A stretch of 64,000 nt of DNA from Steroidobacteraceae bacterium (GTDB lineage: Bacteria > Pseudomonadota > Gammaproteobacteria > Steroidobacterales > Steroidobacteraceae), in contig DATIYV010000070.1 in NCBI GenBank assembly GCA_035517435.1, forward strand, positions 12,898-76,897, written 5' to 3'. Position numbers and translations under genes: made by a program. Positions 9,636-19,647 of the stretch are shown here, in pieces. Numbering within the stretch: position 1 is the first letter of the stretch; every line of letters starts with the position of its first letter. The notes under the pieces were generated by a model. The model saw only the letters and a program-made list of their open reading frames with translations, was not told where the DNA came from and did no database searches.

Positions 9636-10883
9636 ATGGACCAGAAGACGACACTGCTCGAGCAGCTTCGGATCGACCGCAGTAGCGACCACCAGACCGA
9701 TTCCCGGGCACCCTGGCTTTTGTGGGGGGCGGGGGCGCTCTTGCTGGTGCTCCTCGCGGCCGCCGGATGGTGGTTTTTCCTGCGTAATCCGGGCGTTCCC
9801 GTGCACGTGGCCGTGGCGAAGGAGATCGCCGCGGCACCCGGCAGCACCGCGGTTTCGGCGTCCGCCCTGGATGCGTCCGGCTACGTCGTCGCGCGCCGCG
9901 AAGCCACCGTCTCCGCCAAGACCATCGCGCGGGTGCTCGAGGTCCTGATCGAGGAGGGGCAGAAGGTCAGCGAGAACCAGGTGGTCGCGCGGCTGGATGA
10001 CTCGAACACGCGCGCGGCGCTCGAGCAGGCGAGGGCCCAGCTCGCCCAGTCCGAGGCCAGCCTGCAGGCGGCCACCATCGCGCTCAAGGATGCCGAGCCG
10101 ATCTTCCGCCGCAACGAGCAGCAGGTCGCGGCCAAGGTAATCAGCGCCCAGGAATTCGACAATTCCAAGGCCGTGTACGAGGCCACGCAGGCGGACTTCG
10201 CGGTCAAGCAGCGCGCGGTCGAAGTGGCCCGCTCGATTCTCACCGTCGCGCAGCGCCAGCAGGATGACATGACCGTGCGCGCACCCTTCGCCGGTGTGGT
10301 CACCGACAAAGCCGCGCAGCAGGGCGAGATCGTCTCCCCGAGCACGGCGGGCGGTTTCACGAGGACCGGCATCTGCACCATCGTCGATATGGACTCGCTC
10401 GAAGTCGACGTCGACGTGAGCGAGAACTTCATCAATCGTGTGCGCCCGGGGCAGCCGTCCACGGTGCGACTGAACGCCTATCCCGACTGGGAGATTCCGG
10501 CCGAAGTGCTCGCCGTGATCCCGACGGCCGACCGCTCCAAGGCCACGGTGAAAGTGCGCGTCGGCTTCAAGCAGAAAGATCCGCGCATCCTGCCGGAGAT
10601 GGGCGCGCGCGTGTCGTTCCTCACGGCGCCGGGGGAGGGCACTGCCAAGGGCGGCGCCGTCGCGCAGGCGACGATGCTGCCGCCGGAGGCCATCGACACC
10701 AGCGGGGACTCACCCGCCGTGTACGTCATCGACGGCAGTATCGTCGAGAAGCGCAGCGTGCGCCTGGGCGCGAAGACCAGCGAAGGACAGACCGTGCTCT
10801 CCGGGATCGGTCCCGGGGCGCGCGTCGCAGTCGGGGATTTCACCAAGCTCTCGGACAATGGCCGGGTTGCGATTCAGGAGTAG
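9636..10883 (+). CDS. Efflux periplasmic adaptor (HlyD/MacA family membrane-fusion protein)
   Basis: N-terminal TM anchor, a long coiled-coil (ALEQARAQLAQSEASLQAATIAL...), and beta-barrel/lipoyl segments. First gene of the ABC operon. Confidence 0.85.
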   Translation: MDQKTTLLEQLRIDRSSDHQTDSRAPWLLWGAGALLLVLLAAAGWWFFLRNPGVPVHVAVAKEIAAAPGSTAVSASALDASGYVVARREATVSAKTIARVLEVLIEEGQKVSENQVVARLDDSNTRAALEQARAQLAQSEASLQAATIALKDAEPIFRRNEQQVAAKVISAQEFDNSKAVYEATQADFAVKQRAVEVARSILTVAQRQQDDMTVRAPFAGVVTDKAAQQGEIVSPSTAGGFTRTGICTIVDMDSLEVDVDVSENFINRVRPGQPSTVRLNAYPDWEIPAEVLAVIPTADRSKATVKVRVGFKQKDPRILPEMGARVSFLTAPGEGTAKGGAVAQATMLPPEAIDTSGDSPAVYVIDGSIVEKRSVRLGAKTSEGQTVLSGIGPGARVAVGDFTKLSDNGRVAIQE

Positions 10884-10887
10884 CGTC

Positions 10888-11583
10888 ATGACAGCAGTCG
10901 TCGAGTTGCATAACGTCGTCAAGCGCTACATCCGCGGCAAGCAGCGGGTCGAGGTGCTGCATTCGCTCGATCTCACGGTCGAGGCCGGCGAGTTCCTCGC
11001 GCTCATGGGTCCTTCCGGATCGGGCAAGACGACGCTGCTCAATCTCATCGGTGGCCTGGACCGGCCCGATGAAGGTGAAGTGACGGTCGCCGGCGAGCGG
11101 CTCGACAAGCTCTCCGGCGGCGAGCTCGCCAGGTGGCGCGCCCGGCACGTGGGCTTCGTGTTCCAGTTCTACAATCTCCTGCCGGTGCTCTCGGCCGAGC
11201 GCAATGTCGAAGTGCCGCTGCTGCTCACCAAGCTCTCGCGCGCGCAGCGCCGGCAGAATGTGCTCGCGGCCCTCACGCTGGTGGGCCTGGCGGACCGCGC
11301 CAAGCACAAGCCGGCCGAGCTCTCCGGCGGACAGCAGCAGCGCGTCGCCATCGCACGCGCGCTGATCGCCGATCCGACGCTGCTGGTGTGCGATGAGCCC
11401 ACGGGCGATCTCGACCGCGAGAGCGCGGAAGACATCCTCAACCTGCTGAAGATCCTCAATCAGAAGCAGGGCAAGACCATCATCATGGTCACGCACGATC
11501 CGCGCGCCGCCGCCTACGCCACGCGCCGGCTGTACGTGGACAAGGGACGTCTCACGAACGAGCCGGAGCGCACGGCGGCATGA
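10888..11583 (+). CDS. ABC transporter ATP-binding protein (MacB/LolD type)
   Basis: Walker [10 protein letters not shown], signature [15 protein letters not shown], Walker [16 protein letters not shown] 10888 is 4 nt after the adaptor stop. Confidence 0.9.
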   Translation: MTAVVELHNVVKRYIRGKQRVEVLHSLDLTVEAGEFLALMGPSGSGKTTLLNLIGGLDRPDEGEVTVAGERLDKLSGGELARWRARHVGFVFQFYNLLPVLSAERNVEVPLLLTKLSRAQRRQNVLAALTLVGLADRAKHKPAELSGGQQQRVAIARALIADPTLLVCDEPTGDLDRESAEDILNLLKILNQKQGKTIIMVTHDPRAAAYATRRLYVDKGRLTNEPERTAA

Positions 11584-12734
11584 AATATCTCCCGCTGATC
11601 TGGGCGGCGCTCAAGCGCCGCAAGGCGCGCACGATCCTCACCTTCCTGTCGATCGTGACGGCGTTCTTTCTCTTCGGCGCCCTGCAGTCGATCAACGCCG
11701 GCATCGATTCGGTGATGGATTTCCTCAACACCTCGCGCCTGCGTGTGATGAACCGCGTGAGCCTGGGGCAGCCGATGCCGCAGGCGCACGTTGCGCGGAT
11801 CGCGGCGCTGCCGGAGGTCTCCGCGGTCACCGGTATTGCGATCGTTCCCGGTACTTTCCAGCGCCCGAACAACGTGCAGGTGGCCCTGGGAGTGGATCTC
11901 GCGTCCATGTTCAAGATGTATCCGGAAATGCATGTCGATCCGCAGCAGCTGGCGGCGGCGCTGCGCAACCGCAGCTCGGTGCTGGTGGGCAAGGCGCTCG
12001 CCGATAAGGAGGGCTGGAAGATCGGCGATCGCATCCCGGTGCATTCCTTTGGCGTGACCAAGACCGACGGCAGCCTCGACTGGACGTTCGACATCGCTGG
12101 CTTCTACGACATGGACCAGCATGATTTCGCTTCGAACATTCTGGCCAACTACGACTACATCAACGAGGGGCGGGCGAGCGGCAAGAATCTCGTGGTGCAG
12201 ATCCTGGTCGGTATCAAGGATCCGTCACACTCCGCGCAGGTGGCGCAGAAGATCGACGATCTGTTCGCCAATTCACCGAATCAGACGGTGACGCAGAACG
12301 AGAAGGATTTCGTCTCCTCGATTCTGCGGCAGATCGGTGACATCAGCTTTCTCGTCAATGCCATCGTCGGTGCGGTGCTGTTCACGCTCTTGTTCCTGAC
12401 CGCGAACACCATGGCGCAGTCGGTGCGCGAGCGCATTCCCGAGCTCGCGGTGCTCAAGACGCTCGGCTTCAGCGACGGCACCGTTCAGATGCTGGTGCTG
12501 GTGGAGGCGCTGATCGTGTGTGTGGCCGCCGGTGCCGTGGGACTCGGCATTGCAGCGATCGTCACGCCGTTGGTCATCTCGCTCCCCGGACAGGGTATCC
12601 CGCCGATGCACATGCCACGGATCGTCTTCCTGCTGGGGCTTCTCACGGCCGCGGTGCTCGCGCTGGTGAGCGGTCTGCCGCCGGCGCAGCGCGCCCGCCG
12701 GCTGCAGGTCGCGGCCGCGCTGTCCGGACGCTGA
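11580..12734 (+). CDS. ABC transporter permease, FtsX/MacB-type (first of two)
   Basis: ATGA overlap with the ATPase stop. TM1, a large periplasmic domain and three C-terminal TMs, with the FtsX-like motif LKTLGFSDG. Confidence 0.85.
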   Translation: MKYLPLIWAALKRRKARTILTFLSIVTAFFLFGALQSINAGIDSVMDFLNTSRLRVMNRVSLGQPMPQAHVARIAALPEVSAVTGIAIVPGTFQRPNNVQVALGVDLASMFKMYPEMHVDPQQLAAALRNRSSVLVGKALADKEGWKIGDRIPVHSFGVTKTDGSLDWTFDIAGFYDMDQHDFASNILANYDYINEGRASGKNLVVQILVGIKDPSHSAQVAQKIDDLFANSPNQTVTQNEKDFVSSILRQIGDISFLVNAIVGAVLFTLLFLTANTMAQSVRERIPELAVLKTLGFSDGTVQMLVLVEALIVCVAAGAVGLGIAAIVTPLVISLPGQGIPPMHMPRIVFLLGLLTAAVLALVSGLPPAQRARRLQVAAALSGR

Positions 12735-12744
12735 GGGCCTCGCC

Positions 12745-13932
12745 GTGAATACGCTCACGCAAATTGTGGCGGTCGTGTCGATGAACCTGCGGAGCCTGCC
12801 GCGCCGGGCCTCGACCTCGTTCGTCGTCGTCATCGGCATTGCCGGTGTGGTTGCGGTGCTGATCTCGGTCCTGTCGCTGTCGACGGGACTCACACACGCG
12901 CTCACCTCGACGGGTAAGCCTGACCGCGCCATCGTGCTGCACGCTCAGGCGAACAACGAAGTGTCCAGCACACTGCCGCGCGATCAGGTGCTCTCCATCC
13001 TCGATGCTCCGGGCGTGGCGCACGATCGCGAGGGCAAGGGGATCGGCTCCGCCGAGATGATCACCACCATCAACGTGCCGCGCCGTGACAACGGGCTCCT
13101 GGGCTCGCTCACGCTGCGCGGCGTCTCCCCGCAGCTGTTCAAGCTGCGGCCGGAGATCAAGCTCGTCGAGGGACGCGTGTTCCGCTCCGGACTGCGCGAG
13201 GTGATTGCAGGCAGACAGGCGCAGGAGCGCTTCCGCAATACAGCGGTCGGCGGTGTGATCCACTTTGGTGACAACGATTGGACCGTCGTCGGGAGCTTCG
13301 AAGGCGGCGGTGCGCACGATTCGGAACTGCTCGCCGACAGCGAGACGGTGCTGTCCGCCTATCAGCGCACGACGGTGAACTCCGTGACGGTGAAGCTCGA
13401 CGGCGCGGACGGCTTGAGGCGACTGAAGGCGGCGCTCGGTGCGGATCCGACGCTCACGGTGACCGCCGCGAGCGAGGTGACCTACTACGAGCAGCAGTCG
13501 CAGACCTTCGCGCACTTTCTGGCCATCGTTGCCCGCGTGATCGCCGTCATCATGGCGATCGGCGCCATCTTCGCCGCGCTCAACACCATGTATTCCGCGG
13601 TCGCCTCGCGCGCGGTGGAGATTGCCACGCTGCGGGCCATCGGCTTTGGACCTTCCGCGGTCGTCGTCTCGGTGATCATCGAGGCGCTGTTCCTGGCGCT
13701 GCTCGGCGCCGTGGTCGGCTCGCTGCTCGCGTGGCTGCTCTTCAACGGCAACACCGTGAGTACCGTCGGCGGGGGCGCAGGTCTGGGCCAGGTCGTGTTC
13801 CAGCTGCGCATCAATGGCGCACTCATGGCCGTAGGCATCGTCTGGGCGTGCGTCGTGGGGCTGATCGGCGGCTTGCTGCCGGCGATCCGCGCCGCGCGCG
13901 TGCCCGTTGTCACGGCACTTCGAGCGATCTAG
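12745..13932 (+). CDS. ABC transporter permease, FtsX/MacB-type (second of two)
   Basis: Same architecture as the first permease. Motif LRAIGFGPS. GTG start 10 nt after the previous stop. Confidence 0.85.
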   Translation: MNTLTQIVAVVSMNLRSLPRRASTSFVVVIGIAGVVAVLISVLSLSTGLTHALTSTGKPDRAIVLHAQANNEVSSTLPRDQVLSILDAPGVAHDREGKGIGSAEMITTINVPRRDNGLLGSLTLRGVSPQLFKLRPEIKLVEGRVFRSGLREVIAGRQAQERFRNTAVGGVIHFGDNDWTVVGSFEGGGAHDSELLADSETVLSAYQRTTVNSVTVKLDGADGLRRLKAALGADPTLTVTAASEVTYYEQQSQTFAHFLAIVARVIAVIMAIGAIFAALNTMYSAVASRAVEIATLRAIGFGPSAVVVSVIIEALFLALLGAVVGSLLAWLLFNGNTVSTVGGGAGLGQVVFQLRINGALMAVGIVWACVVGLIGGLLPAIRAARVPVVTALRAI

Positions 13933-13947
13933 AGCCGACGGCGGCGC

Positions 13948-15063
13948 GTGAAGATCCTGACCACCCACGTCGGGAGCCTCCCGGGGCCGCCGGGTTTCGA
14001 TCCGACTGCCGGGATGTCAGACGCCCAGCTCGCCCAGGCGGTGGCCTGGGTCGTGCGCGAGCAGCGGGCGATCGGCCTCGATCTCATCAATGAAGGCGAG
14101 CTCACCAAGGGCGGCGACTGGCTCGCGTTCATGGACAATCGCCTCTCCGGATTCGAGCCGCGCCAGGTGCCAGCCGGTACCTCCATCGTTGCCCGAGGGA
14201 AGGACCGTGAAGAATTCGACGACTTCTACAGCTGGGCGAGCGCACGGCAGACACTGTTCTTCAGCGCGGACAAGCGCATGCAAACCGCCCGTCGCTACCA
14301 GGTCTGCGTCGGCCCCATCCACTACGCAGGCGGCGCCGCGCTTGAGCGCGAGATCGCGCTGCTGCGCGCGCAAGTGGCTGACCCCTCGCAGTGCTTCCTC
14401 ACGTCCACCGCGCCAGCGAGCCTCGAGCCGTACCGGGGGAACGAGTACTACGCGAGCGCGGAAGCTTTCGTCGCTGCACTGAGCGAGGCGCTACGCAGCG
14501 AGTACCAGGCCATTGTGGATGCCGGCTTCACGCTGCAGATCGACGATGCCTGGCTCGTGGCGCTGTGGGACCGCATCGGCATCGGCATGGGCCTTGCGGC
14601 GTTTCGGGCGCGCTGCCGCGAGCGCATCGAGGCGCTCAATCACGCGCTGCGCGGAATTCCTGCCGAGAAGATCCGCTATCACCTGTGCTGGGGCAGCTGG
14701 CACGGGCCCCATGCGCATGATCTGCCGTTCAAGGACATCGTCGATCTGATGCTGCAGGTGAATGCGCGCTACTACTCCTTCGAGGCCGCCAACGTGCGCC
14801 ACGAGCACGAATATGAGCTGTGGCGGGAGGTGAAGCTGCCGGATGGCAAGGTCATCATTCCTGGCGTCGTGACGCACTCGACCGATCTGATCGAGCATCC
14901 GCAGCTCGTGGCGCAGCGCATCCGAAGGTTTGCCGCCCTGGTCGGTCCCGAAAACGTCATTGCCGGCACCGACTGCGGCTTCGGCGGCCGCACACATCCG
15001 CAGATCGCCTGGGCGAAGCTGCGCGCGCTCACCGAGGGCGCGCGGCTCGCGGCCAACCCATGA
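13948..15063 (+). CDS. Cobalamin-independent methionine synthase II (MetE C-terminal-like) family protein
   Basis: MKILTTHVGSLP N-terminus. Putative Zn ligands in YHLCWGSWHGPH and GTDCGFG. Size (371 aa) is typical of the stand-alone MetE-like family. Confidence 0.8.
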   Translation: MKILTTHVGSLPGPPGFDPTAGMSDAQLAQAVAWVVREQRAIGLDLINEGELTKGGDWLAFMDNRLSGFEPRQVPAGTSIVARGKDREEFDDFYSWASARQTLFFSADKRMQTARRYQVCVGPIHYAGGAALEREIALLRAQVADPSQCFLTSTAPASLEPYRGNEYYASAEAFVAALSEALRSEYQAIVDAGFTLQIDDAWLVALWDRIGIGMGLAAFRARCRERIEALNHALRGIPAEKIRYHLCWGSWHGPHAHDLPFKDIVDLMLQVNARYYSFEAANVRHEHEYELWREVKLPDGKVIIPGVVTHSTDLIEHPQLVAQRIRRFAALVGPENVIAGTDCGFGGRTHPQIAWAKLRALTEGARLAANP

Positions 15064-16532
15064 GCGCACCGGATCTCAGTCATCGCGACGAGCTGCGCGT
15101 CATCGCGCGCCGCGCCATGCTGGCCAGGGGCCTCGAGCCCGATTTTCCGCCGGCGGCGATGTCGCAGGCGGCGGCCCTTTCCTCGCCGGCGCGGGATAGC
15201 GATGCCGGCATCCGCGATCAGCGCTCGCTCCTGTGGTGCTCGATCGACAACGATGATTCGATGGATCTGGATCAGCTCTCGGTCTGCGCGCCTGCGGCCG
15301 ATGGCGCGGTGAAGATCCTGGTGGCGATCGCCGATGTCGATGCGCTGGTGCAGCTCGACTCTGCGCTCGATGTTCACGCCCGGATCAATACCACTTCGGT
15401 GTACACCGTCGGGCGTATCTTCCCGATGCTGCCCGAGAAACTCTCGACCGATCTCACTTCACTCGCGGACGGGCAGGAGCGGCTGGCGCTCGTGATCGAG
15501 ATGACGGTCGATGCGAAGGGCGCACTGGGCACCTGCGATGTCTATCGCTCGCGCGTGGTCAATCGCGCCAAGCTTGCCTATGACAGCGTGGGTGCGTGGC
15601 TCGAGGATCGCGGCCCGATGCCTGCGCGCATCGGTGCCGTGCCGGGTATGGCAGAGCAGCTGCGCATTCAGGACCGGGTGGCACAGCTGTTGAAGCAGGT
15701 GCGCCAGGGGCAGGGGTCGCTGCGCCTGGATCCGCTCGAGCCGCAGGCGATCTTTACGGGCGATGTGCTCACCGATCTGAAGCCGCTCGAGCGCAATCGC
15801 GCCAAGGATCTGATTGAGGACTTCATGATTGCGGCCAACGGCGTGGTAGCGCGTTTCCTCGCAGGGCGCGGCGTGGCGGCGATCCGGCGGGTGCTGCGCA
15901 CACCCGAGCATTGGGACCGCATCGTGGCGCTCGCGGCCGAGGCAGGTGGGGAGCTGCCGCGCGCACCGGATGCAGCCGCGTTGAGCGAATTCCTTAAGCG
16001 CCAGCACGAGCACGACCCCGATCACTTCGCCGACCTCTCCCTTGCGGTCGTAAAGCTCCTGGGCACGGGGCAGTACGTGATGGAGCAGCCGGGGCAGGCC
16101 GTGGAGGGTCATTTTGCGCTGGCGGTCCGCGACTACGCGCACTCCACGGCGCCCAACCGGCGCTACCCGGATCTCATCACCCAGCGGCTCATCAAGGCGA
16201 CGCTCGCCGGCCGACCCTCACCTTATGTCCCCCGGCAGCTCGAGGGTCTGGCCGCGCACTGCACCCTGCAGGAGCACAATGCCGAGAAGATCGAACGGCA
16301 GGTGCGCAAGTCTGCCGCGGCGATGTTGCTCGAGCCTCGCGTCGGCGAGAGCTTCGATGCCGTGGTCACCGGCGCGACCGTGCAGGGCACCTGGGTGCGC
16401 ATCAGCGCCCCGATTGCGGAAGGCAAGCTGGTGCACGGTGCAGCGGGCCTCGCGGTCGGGGACCGCGTGCGCGTGACGCTGGTACAGACCGACGTGGCGC
16501 GCGGATTCATCGACTTCGTACGTGCGAGATAA
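15060..16532 (+). CDS. RNB-domain exoribonuclease (RNase II/R family) with C-terminal S1-like domain
   Basis: The ATG at 15060 overlaps the upstream stop (ATGA). RNB motifs SIDNDDSMDLDQ and TSVYTVGRIFPMLP, with a C-terminal S1-like segment FDAVVTGATVQGTWVRI. Confidence 0.85.
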   Translation: MSAPDLSHRDELRVIARRAMLARGLEPDFPPAAMSQAAALSSPARDSDAGIRDQRSLLWCSIDNDDSMDLDQLSVCAPAADGAVKILVAIADVDALVQLDSALDVHARINTTSVYTVGRIFPMLPEKLSTDLTSLADGQERLALVIEMTVDAKGALGTCDVYRSRVVNRAKLAYDSVGAWLEDRGPMPARIGAVPGMAEQLRIQDRVAQLLKQVRQGQGSLRLDPLEPQAIFTGDVLTDLKPLERNRAKDLIEDFMIAANGVVARFLAGRGVAAIRRVLRTPEHWDRIVALAAEAGGELPRAPDAAALSEFLKRQHEHDPDHFADLSLAVVKLLGTGQYVMEQPGQAVEGHFALAVRDYAHSTAPNRRYPDLITQRLIKATLAGRPSPYVPRQLEGLAAHCTLQEHNAEKIERQVRKSAAAMLLEPRVGESFDAVVTGATVQGTWVRISAPIAEGKLVHGAAGLAVGDRVRVTLVQTDVARGFIDFVRAR

Positions 16533-16536
16533 ACCG

Positions 16537-17292
16537 ATGCCACCCGATGATCCGGCCCTGATCTACGAGAACGCGGGGTTCATGACAAGCGAGGAGGCGC
16601 GGCCGCTGCGCATTCTCGCCGAGTACCTGGGGCCGCTGGAGCGTCTGCGCCGGGCACGCATCCGCGACACCATCGTGTTCTTCGGCTCCGCGCGCATCAC
16701 ACCCGAGGGGCCGCTGGGCCGGTATTACCAGGAGGCGCGGCAGCTCGCGCATGCGATCACCGCCTGGTCCAAGCAGCTGCCCTCGCACTCGCACCGCTAT
16801 GTCATCTGCTCAGGCGGAGGCGGCGGCATCATGGAGGCCGCCAATCGCGGCGCCTCGGAGGCCGGAGGCCGCACCATCGGCCTGAACATCTCCCTCCCGC
16901 ACGAGCAGCAGCCGAACTCCTACATCACGCGCGAGCTCGCTTTCAAGTTCCACTACTTCTTCATGCGCAAGCTGTGGTTCGCACATCTCGCGCGTGCCCT
17001 GATTGTGTTTCCCGGCGGCTTCGGCACACTCGATGAGCTCACCGAGATCATGACGCTCGCGCAGACCGGCAAGCTCGATCGCCCGATCCCGATCCTGCTC
17101 TACGGGCGCAGCTACTGGAACGAAGTGATCAACTTCGAGGCGCTGGTACGCCACGGCACGATCGCCGCCGAGGACCTGAAGCTGATCCAGTTTGCAGACG
17201 ACCAGGCGACGGCGCTGCAGCTGCTGCAGGCATCCCTCACGCATGAGCCCGAGACCAGCGGCCCGGCCTTCGCGCATTCCCGCGCGCGCTAG
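16537..17292 (+). CDS. LOG / TIGR00730-family Rossmann-fold nucleotide-binding protein (nucleotide 5'-monophosphate nucleosidase-like)
   Basis: GGGGGIMEAANRGA and PGGFGTLDELTE motifs. The ATG is 4 nt after the RNB stop. Confidence 0.85.
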   Translation: MPPDDPALIYENAGFMTSEEARPLRILAEYLGPLERLRRARIRDTIVFFGSARITPEGPLGRYYQEARQLAHAITAWSKQLPSHSHRYVICSGGGGGIMEAANRGASEAGGRTIGLNISLPHEQQPNSYITRELAFKFHYFFMRKLWFAHLARALIVFPGGFGTLDELTEIMTLAQTGKLDRPIPILLYGRSYWNEVINFEALVRHGTIAAEDLKLIQFADDQATALQLLQASLTHEPETSGPAFAHSRAR

Positions 17293-17960
17293 GCCACGGC
17301 CTCGATGAGCTGCGGATCGTTGTTGCGCGGGGAGTTCACGCGCGGGCTCACGCGATAGGCCACCATCAGCTCGGCCGGGTAGGGTGCGAGCAGCCGCAAG
17401 GCCTCATCGGGCGGTGCGCCGAGCCAGGCCTCGTGATCCTCGGCTTTGAGGATCGCCGGCATCCGCTGCCGGTCATTGTGGATTTCCTGCAGCAAGGCAT
17501 TGGCGGGCATCGTGACGATGGTGCAGCTCTCGATCACGCTGCCGTCGGCCCGCGTTGAGCGATCCCAGATACCCGCGAATCCGAACACTTCCTGATCCGC
17601 CAGATGGATGTAGAAGGGCTGGCGCGCACCCTCGGTCGGACTATGCCATTCGTAGAAGCCGCTCGCCGGCAGGATGCAGCGCTGAGCGCGCTTCCAGGGC
17701 GTGCGATACGAAGGCGCCGAGGTGAGCGTCTCGATGCGGGCGTTGATCGTCGAGTACTTGGGGGCCTCCCCGTGCGCAAAGAACGGGATCAGCCCCCAGC
17801 GCATCATCACGCCCTCGCGCACACCCTCGCTCAGGCGCACGACCGGTACGCTCTGCGTCGGCGCGATATTGAAGCTCGCGGTGAAGCGCCACTGCGTGGA
17901 TGCGAGCTTGAACGCACGCTCCGCGGCAGCGAGCTGAGCCAGGATGTAGCGGCCGCACAT
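17289..17960 (-). CDS. SOS-response-associated peptidase (SRAP/YedK, abasic-site processing protein)
   Basis: N-terminus MCGRY (catalytic Cys2) at the internal ATG 17960 of ORF 17289-17990. Also SFNIAPTQ and GFYEW motifs. Confidence 0.85.
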   Translation of the reverse strand: MCGRYILAQLAAAERAFKLASTQWRFTASFNIAPTQSVPVVRLSEGVREGVMMRWGLIPFFAHGEAPKYSTINARIETLTSAPSYRTPWKRAQRCILPASGFYEWHSPTEGARQPFYIHLADQEVFGFAGIWDRSTRADGSVIESCTIVTMPANALLQEIHNDRQRMPAILKAEDHEAWLGAPPDEALRLLAPYPAELMVAYRVSPRVNSPRNNDPQLIEAVA

Positions 17961-18026
17961 ATCGCAGCGAGCATAGCGCACACCGTACAATCGCGGCTGT
18001 CTCGGGGGCGATGGCGGGGGGTGTCC

Positions 18027-19637
18027 ATGACTTCAGAGATCGAAGTGCCGGTGCTGATCGTCGGCGGCAGCCTCGTGGGGATGACCTCGGCGCTGCTGCT
18101 CGGCCATCACGGCGTCAAGTCGCTCGCGGTCGAGTATCACCGTGGCACGGCCATTCACCCGCGCGCCGCGCAGTGCACCCAGCGCACGCTCGAGATCTTC
18201 CGCGAAGTCGGCATCGAGCGGCCCGTGTGCGAGCGCTCCGCTGAGCAGTTCGTGCAGGACGGCGGCATCGTCGCCGTGGAGACACTGGCGGGCGGACTCA
18301 CGCAGCATTTCATCGCGGATCTGAACGCAGGCGTCCGCGACGTGAGCCCCTGCGAGCGGGTGTTCCTGTCGCAAAACGCGCTCGAGCCGATGTTAAAGCA
18401 GCGTGCCGAGGAGCTCGGCGCGCGCTTCGTGTTCGCAACTGAAGTGACTGGCATCGAGCAGAACGCGGACGGTGTCGTGGCGCGGCTGCGTCACCGCGAC
18501 AGCGGCGCGGAGACCCGTGTGCGCGCCCGCTACGCGATCGCGGCGGACGGCGCGCACAGCCGCATGCGCCAGGGGCTGGCGGTGGGCATGCGCGGTCATC
18601 CCACCTTCTCGCGCAGCGTCACGATCTATTTCCGGGCCAACCTGCGCAAGTTTCTCGAGCGCGAGAAATGGGCGGTCGTGTACGTCAACAACGATCGGTT
18701 GCGCGGCTTCTTTCGCTTCGAGAAGCCCTTCGACAGCGGCTTTCTCGTGGTCAGCACGACCGGCGATGCGGCTCATCCGAACGTCGATGTGTCGAGCACG
18801 CTGACGAATGAGCGGGCGGTGGAGCTGGTGCAGCTGGCGCTGGGGAGCCGTGACATTGCGGTGAGCGTTGATAACGTCATGAACTGGAACGCCACCGCCG
18901 AATGGTCCGAGAAGATGCAGCGCGGCCACGTATTCATCGCCGGCGATGCCGCCCACGTGATGCCGCCGACAGGTGGCTTTGGTGGCAACACCGGCGTCGT
19001 CGATGCGCACAATCTCGCCTGGAAGCTCGCGTTCGTGCTGAGCGGCCGCGCCGCTCCGGCACTGCTTGAGACCTACGAGCCCGAGCGCACCCCGGTCGCC
19101 GAGTACACCTGCGAGCAGGCCTACACGCGCTACGTGCTGCGCACCGACCCCACCCTCGGCATGGCGAACACGCAAAAGCCCGTGGGGGAGCTCAACATCG
19201 AGCTCGGCCACATCTACCGCTCCCCGGCGATCGTGACCGAGGAGCCGGATGATGGGGCCCAGCACGTGAATCCCCGCGAGTCCTTCGGTCGTCCCGGGAC
19301 CCGGGCGCCGCATCTGTGGCTCACGCGCGCAGGCGAGCGCGTTTCCACGCTCGACTTATTCGGCAAACGGTTCGTGCTGCTCGGGGGTGCCGACTCGGCT
19401 GCGTGGTGTGAGGCTGCGACGGCAGCCGGCGCGGCGCGCGGCCTGCAGATCGATACCTGGCGTGCCGGTGAGGCCGGGCTTGTCGATGCTGAAAATCAGC
19501 TCGCCCGCGCCTACGGCATTGAAGCAAGCGGTGCGGTGCTGGTGCGGCCGGACGGTGTGGTCGCCTGGCGGGCCCGCAGCGGTGCGGGCGCCAGCGCGGC
19601 GGTGCTGCAGCGGGTGCTGACGCAGATCCTGGGCTGA
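18027..19637 (+). CDS. FAD-dependent aromatic-ring monooxygenase (PheA/TfdB family)
   Basis: ATG 18027 lies inside ORF 17604-19637. Dinucleotide fold VLIVGGSLVGMTSALLL and FIAGDAAHVMPPTGGFGGNTGVVDAHNLAWKL. Confidence 0.85.
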   Translation: MTSEIEVPVLIVGGSLVGMTSALLLGHHGVKSLAVEYHRGTAIHPRAAQCTQRTLEIFREVGIERPVCERSAEQFVQDGGIVAVETLAGGLTQHFIADLNAGVRDVSPCERVFLSQNALEPMLKQRAEELGARFVFATEVTGIEQNADGVVARLRHRDSGAETRVRARYAIAADGAHSRMRQGLAVGMRGHPTFSRSVTIYFRANLRKFLEREKWAVVYVNNDRLRGFFRFEKPFDSGFLVVSTTGDAAHPNVDVSSTLTNERAVELVQLALGSRDIAVSVDNVMNWNATAEWSEKMQRGHVFIAGDAAHVMPPTGGFGGNTGVVDAHNLAWKLAFVLSGRAAPALLETYEPERTPVAEYTCEQAYTRYVLRTDPTLGMANTQKPVGELNIELGHIYRSPAIVTEEPDDGAQHVNPRESFGRPGTRAPHLWLTRAGERVSTLDLFGKRFVLLGGADSAAWCEAATAAGAARGLQIDTWRAGEAGLVDAENQLARAYGIEASGAVLVRPDGVVAWRARSGAGASAAVLQRVLTQILG

Positions 19638-19647
19638 CGCGCCGCGT

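Noticed and set aside
12643-13968. 441-aa antisense ORF opposite the second FtsX permease. Similar shadow ORFs: 24190-25563, 25591-27003 (usher), 28189-29706 (PAS kinase), 34349-35740, 36441-37925 (DUF1552/ankyrin), 61386-62372 (hybrid kinase).
   Set aside because: Each lies wholly inside a sense gene with clear family motifs, and the antisense products are R/A/G/P/H-rich. I treated all of them as high-GC shadow ORFs.
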